DNA of 64,000 nt from the IMG/VR virus record IMGVR_UViG_3300045988_183830, positions 65,888 to 129,887 of that record; one strand, given 5' to 3'. The notes under the pieces were generated by a model. That model made no database searches. It was not told the origin of the DNA and saw nothing but the letters and a program-made list of their open reading frames with translations. The stretch is from a virus. Position 1 is the stretch's first letter; every line of letters begins with the position of its first letter. Positions 11,119 through 21,312 of the stretch are shown here, one piece after another. Position numbers and translations under genes: made by a program.

Positions 11119-11149
11119 ACTTGACATTTTTTTATATTCGTGTTATAGT
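11119..11149 (+). promoter_or_regulatory. sigma-A-type promoter (TTGACA-17-TATAGT) for the lipoprotein gene; the 31-nt block is duplicated at 30407-30437
   Basis: acTTGACAtttttttatattcgtgtTATAGT. The identical 31-mer is found upstream of the nuclease gene. Confidence 0.55.
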
Positions 11150-11255
11150 CAGCACATCAAAAATAATGTCAAGTTTCCACAGAACAAATCCTCGCGCACT
11201 GGTCATTTATTTGAATACATTCCCTGAGCAAATTTTGAATTTTAAGAAAGGAACT

Positions 11256-12410
11256 ATGACAATGAAAAAGATGAAGAATTTTATGGCCCTGCTGCTGGCT
11301 CTGGTGATGACCATGAGTTTGGTGGCCTGTGGCAACAAGACCAGCGAGGAAACCAAGACCGGCGAGGAAATCGGATGCTACGTGCAGACGACTGAGACCG
11401 GCGAAAAGGTTCTGGTGGACAAGGACGGCAAGGCAGTGACCGACTTCACGCTGGATGCGGACGGCAATGTGCTGGATGCGGATGGCAATGTGGTCGTCAA
11501 GGCGGAGGATATCACCGCTTATGTCGAGCAGTCCGGAAACGTGACAGATGAGAAGGCGGAGGAACCCAAGGTCGATGATGCTCAGAAGACCGAGGATAAG
11601 ACCGATGCCAAGGATGAGGTCAAGGCCGACGACAAGAAGACCGAGACCAAGGTTGACGAGTCCAAGAAGGATGAGAAGAAGCCCGCTGACAATAAGCAGG
11701 ATACCTCCAAGACGGACACGAAGACCGACACGAAGACGGATAACAAGTCTGACAACAAGAGCGATACCAAGACAGAGACTCCCTCTCAGAAGCCCTCTAC
11801 TCCCAGCTATGACAACGGCAGCCTGACTACTGCTCAGGTGAAGGAGCTGCAGCGTTGGTATGGCGTGACCGCTGACGGTCAGTGGGGTGCAGGCTCCAAG
11901 AAGGCCGCCGGTGGCCGCACCGCTGACGAGGCTTGGGCCTACTACCAGAACAACAAGCAGACTACCACGCCTGACAAGCCCTCCGGCGGCAACGGTGGCA
12001 GCACTACTCCCAGCAAGCCCTCTGACGACAACAGCGGTTCCACTGGTGGTGGTTCTACTACTCCCACCGAGCCCACCAAGCCCACAAAGCCGACTAAGGC
12101 TGACATCGACTGTGCGGCTGCAATGTCCGTTGGTAACTCTTATGCAGAGGGTTATGGCTTTACTGTAGACTCTGCTTGCAGAAGTTATTTCCCTCCCATC
12201 TATCTGGAACGCGATTGCCCTGAGTCCTGCTGGAATCAGGAATGGGTTGAGTCCGCAATCAAACAGAAAGTTGACTATGTTAAGAGTGCTCTTGAGCGCA
12301 ACGGTGAATGGTATCCCGAAATTGAGGGATGGTATGTTGGTATCAACTGTGTTGTTCGCTGGAATGCATCTGCGGGCTATCATGAAATCTTCGTTTACTA
12401 CGGTGGCTAA
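11256..12410 (+). CDS. lipoprotein with a Lys/Asp/Thr-rich low-complexity linker and a putative peptidoglycan-binding (PG_binding_1-like) domain
   Basis: ATG follows the RBS aagaaaggaac. The signal peptide with lipobox is MKKMKNFMALLLALVMTMSLVAC. The PG-binding-like segment is TTAQVKELQRWYGVTADGQWGAGSKKAA. The C-terminal domain is Cys-containing. Confidence 0.75.
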   Translation: MTMKKMKNFMALLLALVMTMSLVACGNKTSEETKTGEEIGCYVQTTETGEKVLVDKDGKAVTDFTLDADGNVLDADGNVVVKAEDITAYVEQSGNVTDEKAEEPKVDDAQKTEDKTDAKDEVKADDKKTETKVDESKKDEKKPADNKQDTSKTDTKTDTKTDNKSDNKSDTKTETPSQKPSTPSYDNGSLTTAQVKELQRWYGVTADGQWGAGSKKAAGGRTADEAWAYYQNNKQTTTPDKPSGGNGGSTTPSKPSDDNSGSTGGGSTTPTEPTKPTKPTKADIDCAAAMSVGNSYAEGYGFTVDSACRSYFPPIYLERDCPESCWNQEWVESAIKQKVDYVKSALERNGEWYPEIEGWYVGINCVVRWNASAGYHEIFVYYGG

Positions 12411-12429
12411 CTAATAACGGTAATTCAAG

Positions 12430-12465
12430 AAGGCAGCGGCAAAAAGCCGCTGCCTTCTTCTTGCC
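12430..12465 (+). terminator. rho-independent terminator after the lipoprotein gene
   Basis: gaaggcagcggc aaaaa gccgctgccttc is followed by ttcttg. Confidence 0.6.
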
Positions 12466-12671
12466 CATGAACTATTTGACAAATTCGTTGTGTTTAGAAA
12501 TTTGTGTCTCCGGATGTGTTGACAATATAATCGAATATGCTACTATGGGATTATGGAGAGCGTCGGTCTCCTGCCTTTTTTGCATCTCGAACTTGGCAAA
12601 ATATCATATTCATGTAAAGGTAGAAAGGCCGGTTAATCTTCAAAAATTTTTGAAAGGAGATTTCAAAAACC

Positions 12672-15600
12672 ATGAAACACAAGAAGCTGCGTGGCGTAGT
12701 AGCTATGTTGCTGACGCTGGTGATGGTGGTCGGATTGCTCCCGACATCCGTGTATGCAGCGGATGCGGATGGCGGCAGCAATTCGGTCGTTATCGAAAGT
12801 GTTTCTGACCCTGTAGAGGTTGGGAAGACTGATTCTGGCGATGGCGATTTGGTCTATAACGCCACAGAAGACGCGAAGACTCCCGATGATGGTAAGAAGG
12901 ATGCCGAGGCTCCTGCCGTTGAGGGTAAGAGCGACGCTGATAAGGATGTCGCAAGCAATGGAGACGAAGAAAAAAAGGACGTTTCCAAGGATAACTCTTC
13001 TAAGGATGAGCAGCCTGTTCAGTCTAACGCTGGAAAGGCTGAGGACGGAAAGAAGGAATCTGATAAGGTTTCTGTAAGCGAAGAAGTTTCCGACCCTTAT
13101 GCGGGTGGGGACACTCCCGTGAGCGTTTCCGTCCTTTACGGGTCAGCGCAGAACGCACCCAGAGCTATCAGTGCCATGAGAGCACCCGCTCGTTCCTCCG
13201 GAACCATTACGACCGGTGACGATATGAGTTACAACAGTACGTGGCTGTCAGCATTTGAGCCGTATACAAGTGCTGTTGTAAAATATTTCAACGGCCAGCC
13301 CGCTTATTGTATCGAACCTCACAAGGGAGCTCCCGGTAGTGGCACTTCTGTTGATGCAAATACTTTTTGGGGTAGCGATGATGTCCGTCTTGCTCTTGCC
13401 TACGGATATGGTGGTGTGGATGATAGAACACTTCTATCTTATGCCGGCAATGGCACGTATGCATGGTGCGCTACTCAGGAAGTAATTTGGGAGATTGTTG
13501 GCCCTTACTCAGACTTGAGCGACCTCTTTGTTGGACCCGGACACTCTTATGATTCTGATGTTGCACCTTATATCAAGGCTGCTCACGATTACATTTGGAG
13601 CATGATTAACCAGCAATCTAAAATCCCCAGCTTTGCTGTATACAGTCCTAAAAACACCGCAAAGGATATTGAGCTTGAATGGGATGGCACCAAATGGACA
13701 GCGACTGAATATGACTCCAACAGGGTTCTGCCGAACTTCGAGGACTTTACGTTCAATCTGGCCGGCGTCGAAACAATTCAGAGTGGCTACAATCTGACAA
13801 TCAGCGCCACAGCCGAGGCAGCAAAGAGTATGTTGAATGGCATTGCGTCAAATCCTGCCGAGGGTAATGTGATTGACCCTGATAGTGTCAATGCCTATGT
13901 TCTTGTTGCTGGCGGAGGTAAGCAAGATTGTGTTGCTCTGAATGGTTGGCCTGACCCTGTTACGGCTTACGTCAGAGCAAAGGTCACGAAGACCACCGGA
14001 GACCTGACCATTGCCAAGACCTCTGAGGATGGCAAGGCTGGCGGCGTGAGCTTCACCGTGACCGGTCCCAACGGCTTCAGCAAAACCGTGACAACTGCTG
14101 CCAACGGCAAAATCACCATTGCTGACCTGCAGCCCGGTACGTACACTGTGACAGAGAAGACGTCGGAAAACTACATTCCGACGACATCTCAGACTGTGAC
14201 CATCGCAATCGGAGACGTCAAAACAGTGAGCTTCAACAACGTTCTGAAGAAGGGCACTGTCAAGATTACGAAGATGTCTGAGGATGGTCAGGTTGCCGGT
14301 CATACCTTCCGGCTGTCCGGCACTTCCGCTGCCGGTACGTCCGTAAATATGACCGCTACTACCGATGCGAACGGCGTTGCCACCTTCAACAACGTTCCTA
14401 TTGGTAAAAACTACAAACTTGAGGAAATCAATACCGCTGCAAAGTATGTGGTTCCTGAAGTTCAGGCTGGTGTTGTCGTTGAGTACAACGCCGCCACTGA
14501 AGCCAAGTTCGAGAATAAGCTGGCTCGCGGTAATCTGAAAATCACGAAGACTTCCGAGGATGGCTTCGTGTCCGGTATGACTTTCCGCCTGTCCGGTACT
14601 TCCATCTCCGGTGCGGCTGTCAACGAGACGGCTACCACCGATGAGAACGGTGTGATTCTGTTTAAGGATATCCTTATCGGTAACAACTACACCGTGCAGG
14701 AAATCAACACCGCTGAGAGATATGTCGTTCCCACCATTCAGGAGGGCGTGACTATTTCTCTGAACAAAACGACCAACCTGCAGTTCGAGAACAAGCTGGC
14801 TCGCGGTGCCGTTGAGGTCAAGAAGACCTCTGAGGACGGCAAGACCGCCGGTATCACGTTCCGGCTGTACGGTACGGCCATCAACGGTGAGACCGTTGAC
14901 ATGACCGCTGTTACTGACGCAAACGGTATCGCTACTTTCAATAACGTTCTGATTGGTAACAATTACAGCGTTGAGGAAGTCAACACCGCTGCGAAGTACG
15001 TTGTTCCTGAGGTGAAGGCTGGTGTCAAGGTGACGCTGGGCAACACCACTGATGTGGAAGTCTACAACAAGCTCAAGCGCGGCGACCTGCGCGTGACCAA
15101 GACCTCCGAGGATGGTTTAGTCGAGGGCATTACTTTCCGTCTGTACGGCACTGCCATTTCCGGCGATGCTGTGGATATGACCGCTACCACCAACGCTGAC
15201 GGCGTTGCCATCTTCAAGGATGTCCTGATTGGCAACAACTACACGCTGGAAGAGGTCGATACCGCTGTGAAGTACGTCATCCCCGCTGTTCAGGAAGGTC
15301 TTGTGGTCGAGTACCAGAAGACGACCGATACGGCTGTGAGCAACGTACTGAAGAAGTGGAAGGTCACTGTCAAGAAGACCGACTCCGAGACCGTTGACAT
15401 TCCTCGCGGCGATGGCGTTTTCGAGGGTGCTGTGTATGGTCTGTATAAGGGCGACGAGCTGGTGAAGGAGTACGTCATCGGTAAGGACGGCACGTTCACG
15501 ACCGACGAGTACATCTGCGGCTACGATTACACCATCCGTGAAATCAAGGCTCCTACCGGCTATCAGATTGACGAGACCGTGTATCCCGTTGGTTCTGAGC

Positions 15601-18365
15601 CTGAGAACTACACCATTGAGCACAACTCTGCTCCTCTGATTACCTCTGTTGAGGTCATCAACCGTGGTACGTTCGCTATCACCAAGTTCATCTCCGATGG
15701 CACTTCCGGCCCCGCTAAGTTCGAGGGCGGCGCTGAGTTCATCTACTGGCTGCAGTCTGCTGGCTCCTATGAGAACTCCAAGGAGGACGAGCGTGGTACG
15801 CTGACCACCAATGAGCTGGGTTACAGCGGCAAGTCCATCGAGCTGCCTTACGGCACCTATGTGGTGCGTCAGACCAAGGCCGGCGACAAGGGCGCAGGCC
15901 TCGCACCTGAGTTCACCGTTCTGGTTGGCGAAGTTGACCGTGACCATCATGATTTGGCTGTCAACAACGGCCCCATCACTGCGTATCTGCGCGTTGTGAA
16001 GGTCGATGAGTTCGATGGCGAAGTCATTCCTTGGGGCGGCGCTGAGTTCCAGATTTATGACCCCGATGGCAACAAGGTGTCTCAGAAGGTCACTTATCCC
16101 ACTGTCAAGTATATTGATACATTCGTGACCAATGATGAGGGTTACTTTGTGACTCCTCTGGTTCTGCCTTATGGTGAGGGCTATCATCTGGTCGAGACCA
16201 AGGCCCCCAAGGGCTACGAGCTGATGGACACTCCCATCCGCTTCGACGTCACTCCCGACACCATCTCTCTGGACGCTGAGACCGGTCTTGTGACCGTGAG
16301 CATCGTCGCTGAGGATGAGGCTGTGACCCCCAAGGTCAAGACCACTGCCACCGATAAGGACGGCAACAAGGAAATCATTCCTTCCACCTCCGTCACTATC
16401 ATTGATAAGGTGGAATGCACTGATGTCATCCCCAACAAGACCTATACGGTCGAGGGCTATCTGGTGGTTAAGTCCACTGGTGAGCCTCTGCTGGATGCTC
16501 AGGGCAACCGCATCACTGCTTCCAAGACCTTCAAGGCCGAGGCCGACTTTACCGGCTATGTGGAGCTGGAGTTCACCTTCGATGCTTCTCTGCTGGGCGG
16601 CGAGTCCCTCGTTGCTTTCGAGGACCTGAAGCGTGGTGAGAAGGTCGTTGCGACTCATGCCGACATCAACGATGTTGACCAGACCGTTGTAATCCTGAAC
16701 CCCAAGATTGGCACCACGGCCAAGAACGCTGTTGGCGGCAAGGAGTTCATGCCTCTGGCTGATGTGATTCTGGTGGATACCATCTCCTACGAGAATATGC
16801 CCGTGGGTAAGGAGTTCATCGCTATCGGTACGCTGATGGATAAGGCCACCGGCAAGCCCGTTACCGATGCCAACGGCGACCCCGTTACCTCTTACAAGGT
16901 GTTCACTCCCGAAGCTGCCACTGGTACGGTGGATGTGAAGTTCGTCTTTGACGCTTCCAAGCTGGCCGGCAAGTCGCTGGTGGTATTCGAGCGTGTGTAT
17001 CTGGGCAACGAGATTGTTCCCGGCGACTCCAATAAACCCGTGTTTGTGAGTCACGAGGATATCAACGATGAGGGGCAGACCGTCACCATCGGCGTTCCCG
17101 AAATCGGTACAAAGGCCGTGAACAACGCCACCAACGGCAAGACCCTCGACCCCGAAGCCCGCGCTGAAATCAAGGATACCGTGTCCTATAAGGGCCTGAT
17201 TGCTGGCGAGAAGTACACTGTTTCCGGTAAGCTGATGAACAAGGCTACCAACGAGCCCCTGAAGGATAAGGACGGAAAGGAAATTACCTCCTCCGTTACT
17301 TTCACCGCTGAGGCGTCCAATGGCACTGTTGACGTGTTCTTCGTGCTCGATGCATCTCTGCTGCGGGGCCAGTCCATCGTTGTGTTCGAGTCCCTGCAGT
17401 ACAAGGACATTGAAATCGCAGTTCACGCCGACATCGACGATGTTGACCAGACTGTGACTGTCAACAGCCCTGAAATCAAGACCACCGCTAAGAACGCTGC
17501 TGATGGCAAGAAGGAATTCTGGGCCTACAGCAAGGTCGAGCTGGTCGATACCGTGTCCTATAAGGGCCTGATTGCCGGCAATAAGTACACCGTAATTGGT
17601 AAGCTGATGGACAAGGCGACGGGTGAGCCTATTCTGGGCCGCAACAACAAGGAAATCACCGCCACTACCGAGTTCGAGGCCAAGTCCTCTGACGGTACTG
17701 TGGATGTGAGCTTCGTGTTCGATGCCTCCATTCTGGGTGGCAAGACGCTGGTCGTGTTCGAGACTCTGACCCGCAATGGCACTACGGTCGCTACGCACAC
17801 CGACATCAACGATGTTGACCAGACCGTGACTGTCAAGCGCATCCCGACCTATTCCGGTCCGAGCATCTCTACGACTGCCACCTTCGACGGCAAGGACAAG
17901 AAGAACTCCGTGGCTGGCAAGAACGTGAAAATCGTGGATACCGTCAACTACACCGGCCTGACCGTGGGTAAGACCTACGTGCTGGTTGGTACGCTGATGG
18001 ATAAGGATACCGGCGTTGCCCTGAAGGACAACAACGGCAACCTGATTACCGCGTCCACTACCTTCACTCCCAAGTCCGCCAATGGCGCTGTGAACGTTAC
18101 GTTCAAGTTCGACGCATCCAAGCTGAAGGACCACGCTATCGTTGTGTTCGAGACACTGTACGAAGGCAAGGCCGAAGCCGGCAATGTCATCGCAACGCAC
18201 AACGACCTGATGGACGGCGCTCAGACGGTGTACTTCCGCGATAGCGTCCAGACCGGCGATGAAGGCATCGGCTTGTGGGCCATGCTGGGTACGTTCAGTA
18301 CCATCGCTTGCTGCGCTACGGCGATGTTCATGTTCCGTCGCAAGAAGGAGCAGTTCGCCGAGTAA
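12672..18365 (+). CDS. sortase-anchored adhesin 2 (1897 aa): signal peptide, acidic low-complexity region, thioester domain, Cna B-like repeats, 5 Thr-Gln ester-bond repeats, C-terminal anchor
   Basis: RBS aaaggagatttcaaaaacc precedes the ATG. The signal peptide is MKHKKLRGVVAMLLTLVMVVGLLPTSVYA. The thioester-domain motifs are YCIEPHKGAPGSG and CATQEVIWEIVG. The 5 ester-bond motifs include HADINDVDQTV and HNDLMDGAQTV. The C-terminus is SVQTGDEG (LPxTG-like) plus a TM segment and RRKKEQ. Confidence 0.9.
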   Translation: MKHKKLRGVVAMLLTLVMVVGLLPTSVYAADADGGSNSVVIESVSDPVEVGKTDSGDGDLVYNATEDAKTPDDGKKDAEAPAVEGKSDADKDVASNGDEEKKDVSKDNSSKDEQPVQSNAGKAEDGKKESDKVSVSEEVSDPYAGGDTPVSVSVLYGSAQNAPRAISAMRAPARSSGTITTGDDMSYNSTWLSAFEPYTSAVVKYFNGQPAYCIEPHKGAPGSGTSVDANTFWGSDDVRLALAYGYGGVDDRTLLSYAGNGTYAWCATQEVIWEIVGPYSDLSDLFVGPGHSYDSDVAPYIKAAHDYIWSMINQQSKIPSFAVYSPKNTAKDIELEWDGTKWTATEYDSNRVLPNFEDFTFNLAGVETIQSGYNLTISATAEAAKSMLNGIASNPAEGNVIDPDSVNAYVLVAGGGKQDCVALNGWPDPVTAYVRAKVTKTTGDLTIAKTSEDGKAGGVSFTVTGPNGFSKTVTTAANGKITIADLQPGTYTVTEKTSENYIPTTSQTVTIAIGDVKTVSFNNVLKKGTVKITKMSEDGQVAGHTFRLSGTSAAGTSVNMTATTDANGVATFNNVPIGKNYKLEEINTAAKYVVPEVQAGVVVEYNAATEAKFENKLARGNLKITKTSEDGFVSGMTFRLSGTSISGAAVNETATTDENGVILFKDILIGNNYTVQEINTAERYVVPTIQEGVTISLNKTTNLQFENKLARGAVEVKKTSEDGKTAGITFRLYGTAINGETVDMTAVTDANGIATFNNVLIGNNYSVEEVNTAAKYVVPEVKAGVKVTLGNTTDVEVYNKLKRGDLRVTKTSEDGLVEGITFRLYGTAISGDAVDMTATTNADGVAIFKDVLIGNNYTLEEVDTAVKYVIPAVQEGLVVEYQKTTDTAVSNVLKKWKVTVKKTDSETVDIPRGDGVFEGAVYGLYKGDELVKEYVIGKDGTFTTDEYICGYDYTIREIKAPTGYQIDETVYPVGSEPENYTIEHNSAPLITSVEVINRGTFAITKFISDGTSGPAKFEGGAEFIYWLQSAGSYENSKEDERGTLTTNELGYSGKSIELPYGTYVVRQTKAGDKGAGLAPEFTVLVGEVDRDHHDLAVNNGPITAYLRVVKVDEFDGEVIPWGGAEFQIYDPDGNKVSQKVTYPTVKYIDTFVTNDEGYFVTPLVLPYGEGYHLVETKAPKGYELMDTPIRFDVTPDTISLDAETGLVTVSIVAEDEAVTPKVKTTATDKDGNKEIIPSTSVTIIDKVECTDVIPNKTYTVEGYLVVKSTGEPLLDAQGNRITASKTFKAEADFTGYVELEFTFDASLLGGESLVAFEDLKRGEKVVATHADINDVDQTVVILNPKIGTTAKNAVGGKEFMPLADVILVDTISYENMPVGKEFIAIGTLMDKATGKPVTDANGDPVTSYKVFTPEAATGTVDVKFVFDASKLAGKSLVVFERVYLGNEIVPGDSNKPVFVSHEDINDEGQTVTIGVPEIGTKAVNNATNGKTLDPEARAEIKDTVSYKGLIAGEKYTVSGKLMNKATNEPLKDKDGKEITSSVTFTAEASNGTVDVFFVLDASLLRGQSIVVFESLQYKDIEIAVHADIDDVDQTVTVNSPEIKTTAKNAADGKKEFWAYSKVELVDTVSYKGLIAGNKYTVIGKLMDKATGEPILGRNNKEITATTEFEAKSSDGTVDVSFVFDASILGGKTLVVFETLTRNGTTVATHTDINDVDQTVTVKRIPTYSGPSISTTATFDGKDKKNSVAGKNVKIVDTVNYTGLTVGKTYVLVGTLMDKDTGVALKDNNGNLITASTTFTPKSANGAVNVTFKFDASKLKDHAIVVFETLYEGKAEAGNVIATHNDLMDGAQTVYFRDSVQTGDEGIGLWAMLGTFSTIACCATAMFMFRRKKEQFAE
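14013..15387 (+). repeat. Cna B/SpaA-like Ig repeats (about 5) in adhesin 2
   Basis: The (I/V)TKTSEDG motif recurs at about 92-aa intervals. Confidence 0.7.
16302..18160 (+). repeat. 5 Thr-Gln ester-bond (HxDxxDxxQ / VaFE) repeats in adhesin 2
   Basis: The H[AENT]D[IL]xDxxQTV motif occurs 5 times, together with VAFEDL, VVFERV, VVFESL and VVFETL. Confidence 0.75.
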
Positions 18366-18401
18366 GCACATCCCCACCTGAGCAATCACTCAAAGTGAAT
18401 T

Positions 18402-18440
18402 CAGGGGCGCAGGCACAAGGTCTGCGCCCCTGTTTTTGCA
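18402..18440 (+). terminator. rho-independent terminator after adhesin 2
   Basis: ggggcgcaggcacaaggtctgcgcccc is followed by tgtttttgc. Confidence 0.7.
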
Positions 18441-18487
18441 AAAAAATAAAAGCAGGGGAGTAGCCCTCCCCGGAAAGAGAGAACAAT

Positions 18488-18826
18488 ATGAAATACTGCA
18501 ATAACTGTGGTAAAGAAGTCGATGATAACGCCGTCATCTGCCCCTCCTGCGGCTGCGCCGTGGCGAGCAAGAATGTCGAGGTGGACAAGCCTTCTACCGG
18601 TCTGAACATCCTGTCGTTCCTCATCCCGCTGGTTGGCCTGATTCTGTATCTGTCGTGGCAGAATTCGACCCCTATTAAGGCAAAGGCTGTGGGGAAGTGG
18701 GCCCTGATTGGATTCTGCGTGGCAGTCGGTCTGAGTATCCTCGGCACCATCCTTTCCGGCGCACTGATTTCCAGTGTGGTTGGTGGATGGTATTCTGCTG
18801 TTGACACGGCATCAGTGTTTAGCTGA
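18488..18826 (+). CDS. zinc-ribbon domain membrane protein
   Basis: RBS gaaagagagaacaat precedes the ATG. The N-terminal zinc ribbon is CNNCGK...CPSCGC, followed by two TM helices. Confidence 0.65.
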   Translation: MKYCNNCGKEVDDNAVICPSCGCAVASKNVEVDKPSTGLNILSFLIPLVGLILYLSWQNSTPIKAKAVGKWALIGFCVAVGLSILGTILSGALISSVVGGWYSAVDTASVFS

Positions 18827-18930
18827 GATTTCGGTTCGCGGCTTGAAGACGAAAACAGTAGGGGAGAAGGTGGAACTTCTCCCCTGCTGTTTATTGAAAA
18901 CTTGTAAGAAGGAAAAAAAGAGAGGTAAAA

Positions 18931-19626
18931 ATGATATTTGTTGCTCCAGTCGTACTATCTGTCTCGTTGATTGAAGTTGTTAGACTTATAGCAGACGTTG
19001 CGACGGTTTTAGTCGCAGCATTTTCGTTATTTATTTCTTATTCCATGTTGAAAACAACACAAAAGCAGGTGAATGAGAGTGTATCAATACAGTATAAGCG
19101 TGATTTGGCAGGCCTTTTTCTTTGCTTACAAGACGCAATGTATAATGTGGAGAGGTTTAGCGAAATTATGTCACCTTTTACTGAAGATGCAGGGAGCCTT
19201 GCCAAGCGGCAAATATCTGATGTTGAGGACAAAATAATTAACGTTCTTTCTCCTGTAAGGCTTGATGAGAATTCCTCTTTTGTGATTCACACAATGAGAG
19301 ATAAACTTAGCAAACTGGAAGAATATGAACTAATGGCCGTGTCATTACTTGAGCAGCAACAGCGCATTGGGAAAGATAATGCAAAGATTGTTTCTTGCTT
19401 TATTCATACATATCGCTTATTTATTATAGCTGTCTGGAACAAAAGATGTTTCACAGCCGCACTCTGTAACAGTGTAAAAAAATGCAGGGAAGACAATATA
19501 AACATTTATCCGCTTGGTAATTGTGAAAAATCAATCTACGGTCTATTTATGGATTTGGATAAATTGAAAAAAGCAGTAACCTCTGGTGAGATATTAGACA
19601 AAATTGGGAACATCTTATACGGGTAA
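18931..19626 (+). CDS. hypothetical protein (N-terminal TM helix), markedly AT-rich gene
   Basis: RBS agagaggtaaaa precedes the ATG. Composition is AT-rich over 18.85-19.70 kb compared with the flanks, suggesting recent acquisition. Confidence 0.5.
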   Translation: MIFVAPVVLSVSLIEVVRLIADVATVLVAAFSLFISYSMLKTTQKQVNESVSIQYKRDLAGLFLCLQDAMYNVERFSEIMSPFTEDAGSLAKRQISDVEDKIINVLSPVRLDENSSFVIHTMRDKLSKLEEYELMAVSLLEQQQRIGKDNAKIVSCFIHTYRLFIIAVWNKRCFTAALCNSVKKCREDNINIYPLGNCEKSIYGLFMDLDKLKKAVTSGEILDKIGNILYG

Positions 19627-19697
19627 CAATTAGCTGGAAATGTTTTTCGGGATGTTGTAAAATAGAATAAACTTATGAACAAGGGGGACTGTTCACA

Positions 19698-21218
19698 ATG
19701 GCTCTGGATGCCGATTACGCGCTCTTGAAAAAGTGGAGCAACTGGTTCGACCGGAAATACGGCGACGGTTATGGGCCAGCAAACCTATTGCAGCGGAGAA
19801 CGATGAATACTGCAGTTGTCACTGTAAGTACGCTGCAAAACATTCCGTTTGCTGAGTTATCTTCTTCTCTGTACTTCTTCTGCAGTGACATCGAGAGCAA
19901 GGCGTTTTCTCGGCTATACGAGTCTCAGGTAGAGCTGGCCGGCGCCAATCCTGACAAATTTATCAAGGGACTGCACAGCTTCTTCAATGCTACGGCTCAC
20001 AAAATCAAGAAGGAATCCGAGTACGCCTTGTTCTTTGATTTCCTCATGGCCGCATCTCGGCTCCTCTTTACCGCAAAGGAAGAGAATCAATCGAACATCA
20101 ATATTGATGTGGTGTACTGTTACTTCAGTATCCTCCTGCAACAGACGGAATACCTGCGCCCTGACAAGTTCGATTTGACCAAGGTCGTCTGCGGTATGAA
20201 AACAACCGGTGAACTGCTGGTCATGGAAGATACCTACCCCTTTTTGGACAAACCATCCTTTGAACTGGAGCGTCGTCATCTCGACGGGAAAATCCGTTCC
20301 CCATTGGAACTGAATGCTCAAATCAAGGAAATCTACGGTAAGTGGGGATATGACTATATCCAAAACACAGATGATTTGGAACTCTATACGCAAGTAGACA
20401 GAATTTTTTCCAATCAGATTGCGGGCATGGCTGCGCTCATCAACGAATACACCTTCGACATACTCCCACAACACCGCTTTTCTGCTATCGCAAATAAGTT
20501 CTTTTCTATTGTTGCGCTGCCCGTGATGATGCCTGATGAGATGCATGAGCTGCTGCGGACGAAACGAAGTTCGACGCTTCCTGCCAACGGCGCAGTTTTT
20601 GAATTTGCAAGCGAGAAGGATATCATCCGGAAAGTCTTGCTCAAGGAAACTCTATACGGCGATTCCATCTATATGCTTTACCGTCTGGACACCTGTGAGG
20701 GAGACTTGAGCGGGTACTATGATACTAAGACAGGGTTCTTCTTTTCGGTTTTCCTCGATTCAGAGGACAGAGTCATCTACGGGAACATAAGGCGGCTCGT
20801 TTTAACTCTCTATGCCTGTGCCGTAACGCGCAAAGGTCCAGAGCTGCTGGCGCACCTAAGCGACCATATCAAGTACCTGTCCCTCGATGATAAGGGTATC
20901 CGGAAGTTTGATGATGTTTCCATAAGCTACTACGGTTGCGGAGGACGCCTCAGGAACGTCTACGACGGCGCGGAAGCGACAGGGAAGGGTGGATACACCC
21001 GCAAGGGCGACGAAGCCTATGAGGAGGCTCCCAGAGCCATTCAGGGCTTTATCCGTAAGGTGGGTGAGGGGAGAACCCCCTCCCGCGAAGCGGTGGAGTA
21101 CGCGGAGGCACTTGGCTACTCTCTTGCGCCTGATGAGACTTATGTCCGCCCATTCATCCGGCGTGTTTTGCGTTTGCGGCAGAAGCCTGATAGAGAGGAT
21201 ACGATAACAATAAAATGA
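19698..21218 (+). CDS. hypothetical protein (506 aa)
   Basis: RBS aagggggac precedes the ATG. The ORF is long and no motif is recognised. Confidence 0.55.
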   Translation: MALDADYALLKKWSNWFDRKYGDGYGPANLLQRRTMNTAVVTVSTLQNIPFAELSSSLYFFCSDIESKAFSRLYESQVELAGANPDKFIKGLHSFFNATAHKIKKESEYALFFDFLMAASRLLFTAKEENQSNINIDVVYCYFSILLQQTEYLRPDKFDLTKVVCGMKTTGELLVMEDTYPFLDKPSFELERRHLDGKIRSPLELNAQIKEIYGKWGYDYIQNTDDLELYTQVDRIFSNQIAGMAALINEYTFDILPQHRFSAIANKFFSIVALPVMMPDEMHELLRTKRSSTLPANGAVFEFASEKDIIRKVLLKETLYGDSIYMLYRLDTCEGDLSGYYDTKTGFFFSVFLDSEDRVIYGNIRRLVLTLYACAVTRKGPELLAHLSDHIKYLSLDDKGIRKFDDVSISYYGCGGRLRNVYDGAEATGKGGYTRKGDEAYEEAPRAIQGFIRKVGEGRTPSREAVEYAEALGYSLAPDETYVRPFIRRVLRLRQKPDREDTITIK

Positions 21219-21227
21219 AACAAGGAG

Positions 21228-21262
21228 AGCAATCCGGTCGGGTTGCTCTCCTTTATTTTGAA
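21228..21262. terminator. bidirectional terminator between convergent genes
   Basis: ggagagcaatccggtcgggttgctctcc is flanked by T/A runs. Confidence 0.6.
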
Positions 21263-21312
21263 AACAATGTATTCATATAATATATCACATTATTAAGTTG
21301 TTAAAAAAAAGG

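Noticed and set aside
11560-11800. Lys/Asp/Thr-rich repetitive stretch (KTDTKTD...) in the lipoprotein gene
   Set aside because: It is a low-complexity linker within a single ORF, not an independent repeat element.
12553-12585. Hairpin ggagagcgtcggtctcc followed by a T-run in the adhesin 2 leader (possible attenuator)
   Set aside because: The stem is only 5 bp and is not conserved elsewhere. It is too weak to call.
15117-18389. 1090-aa minus-strand ORF opposite adhesin 2
   Set aside because: Same reason as above. The plus-strand gene has signal peptide, thioester domain, repeats and anchor.
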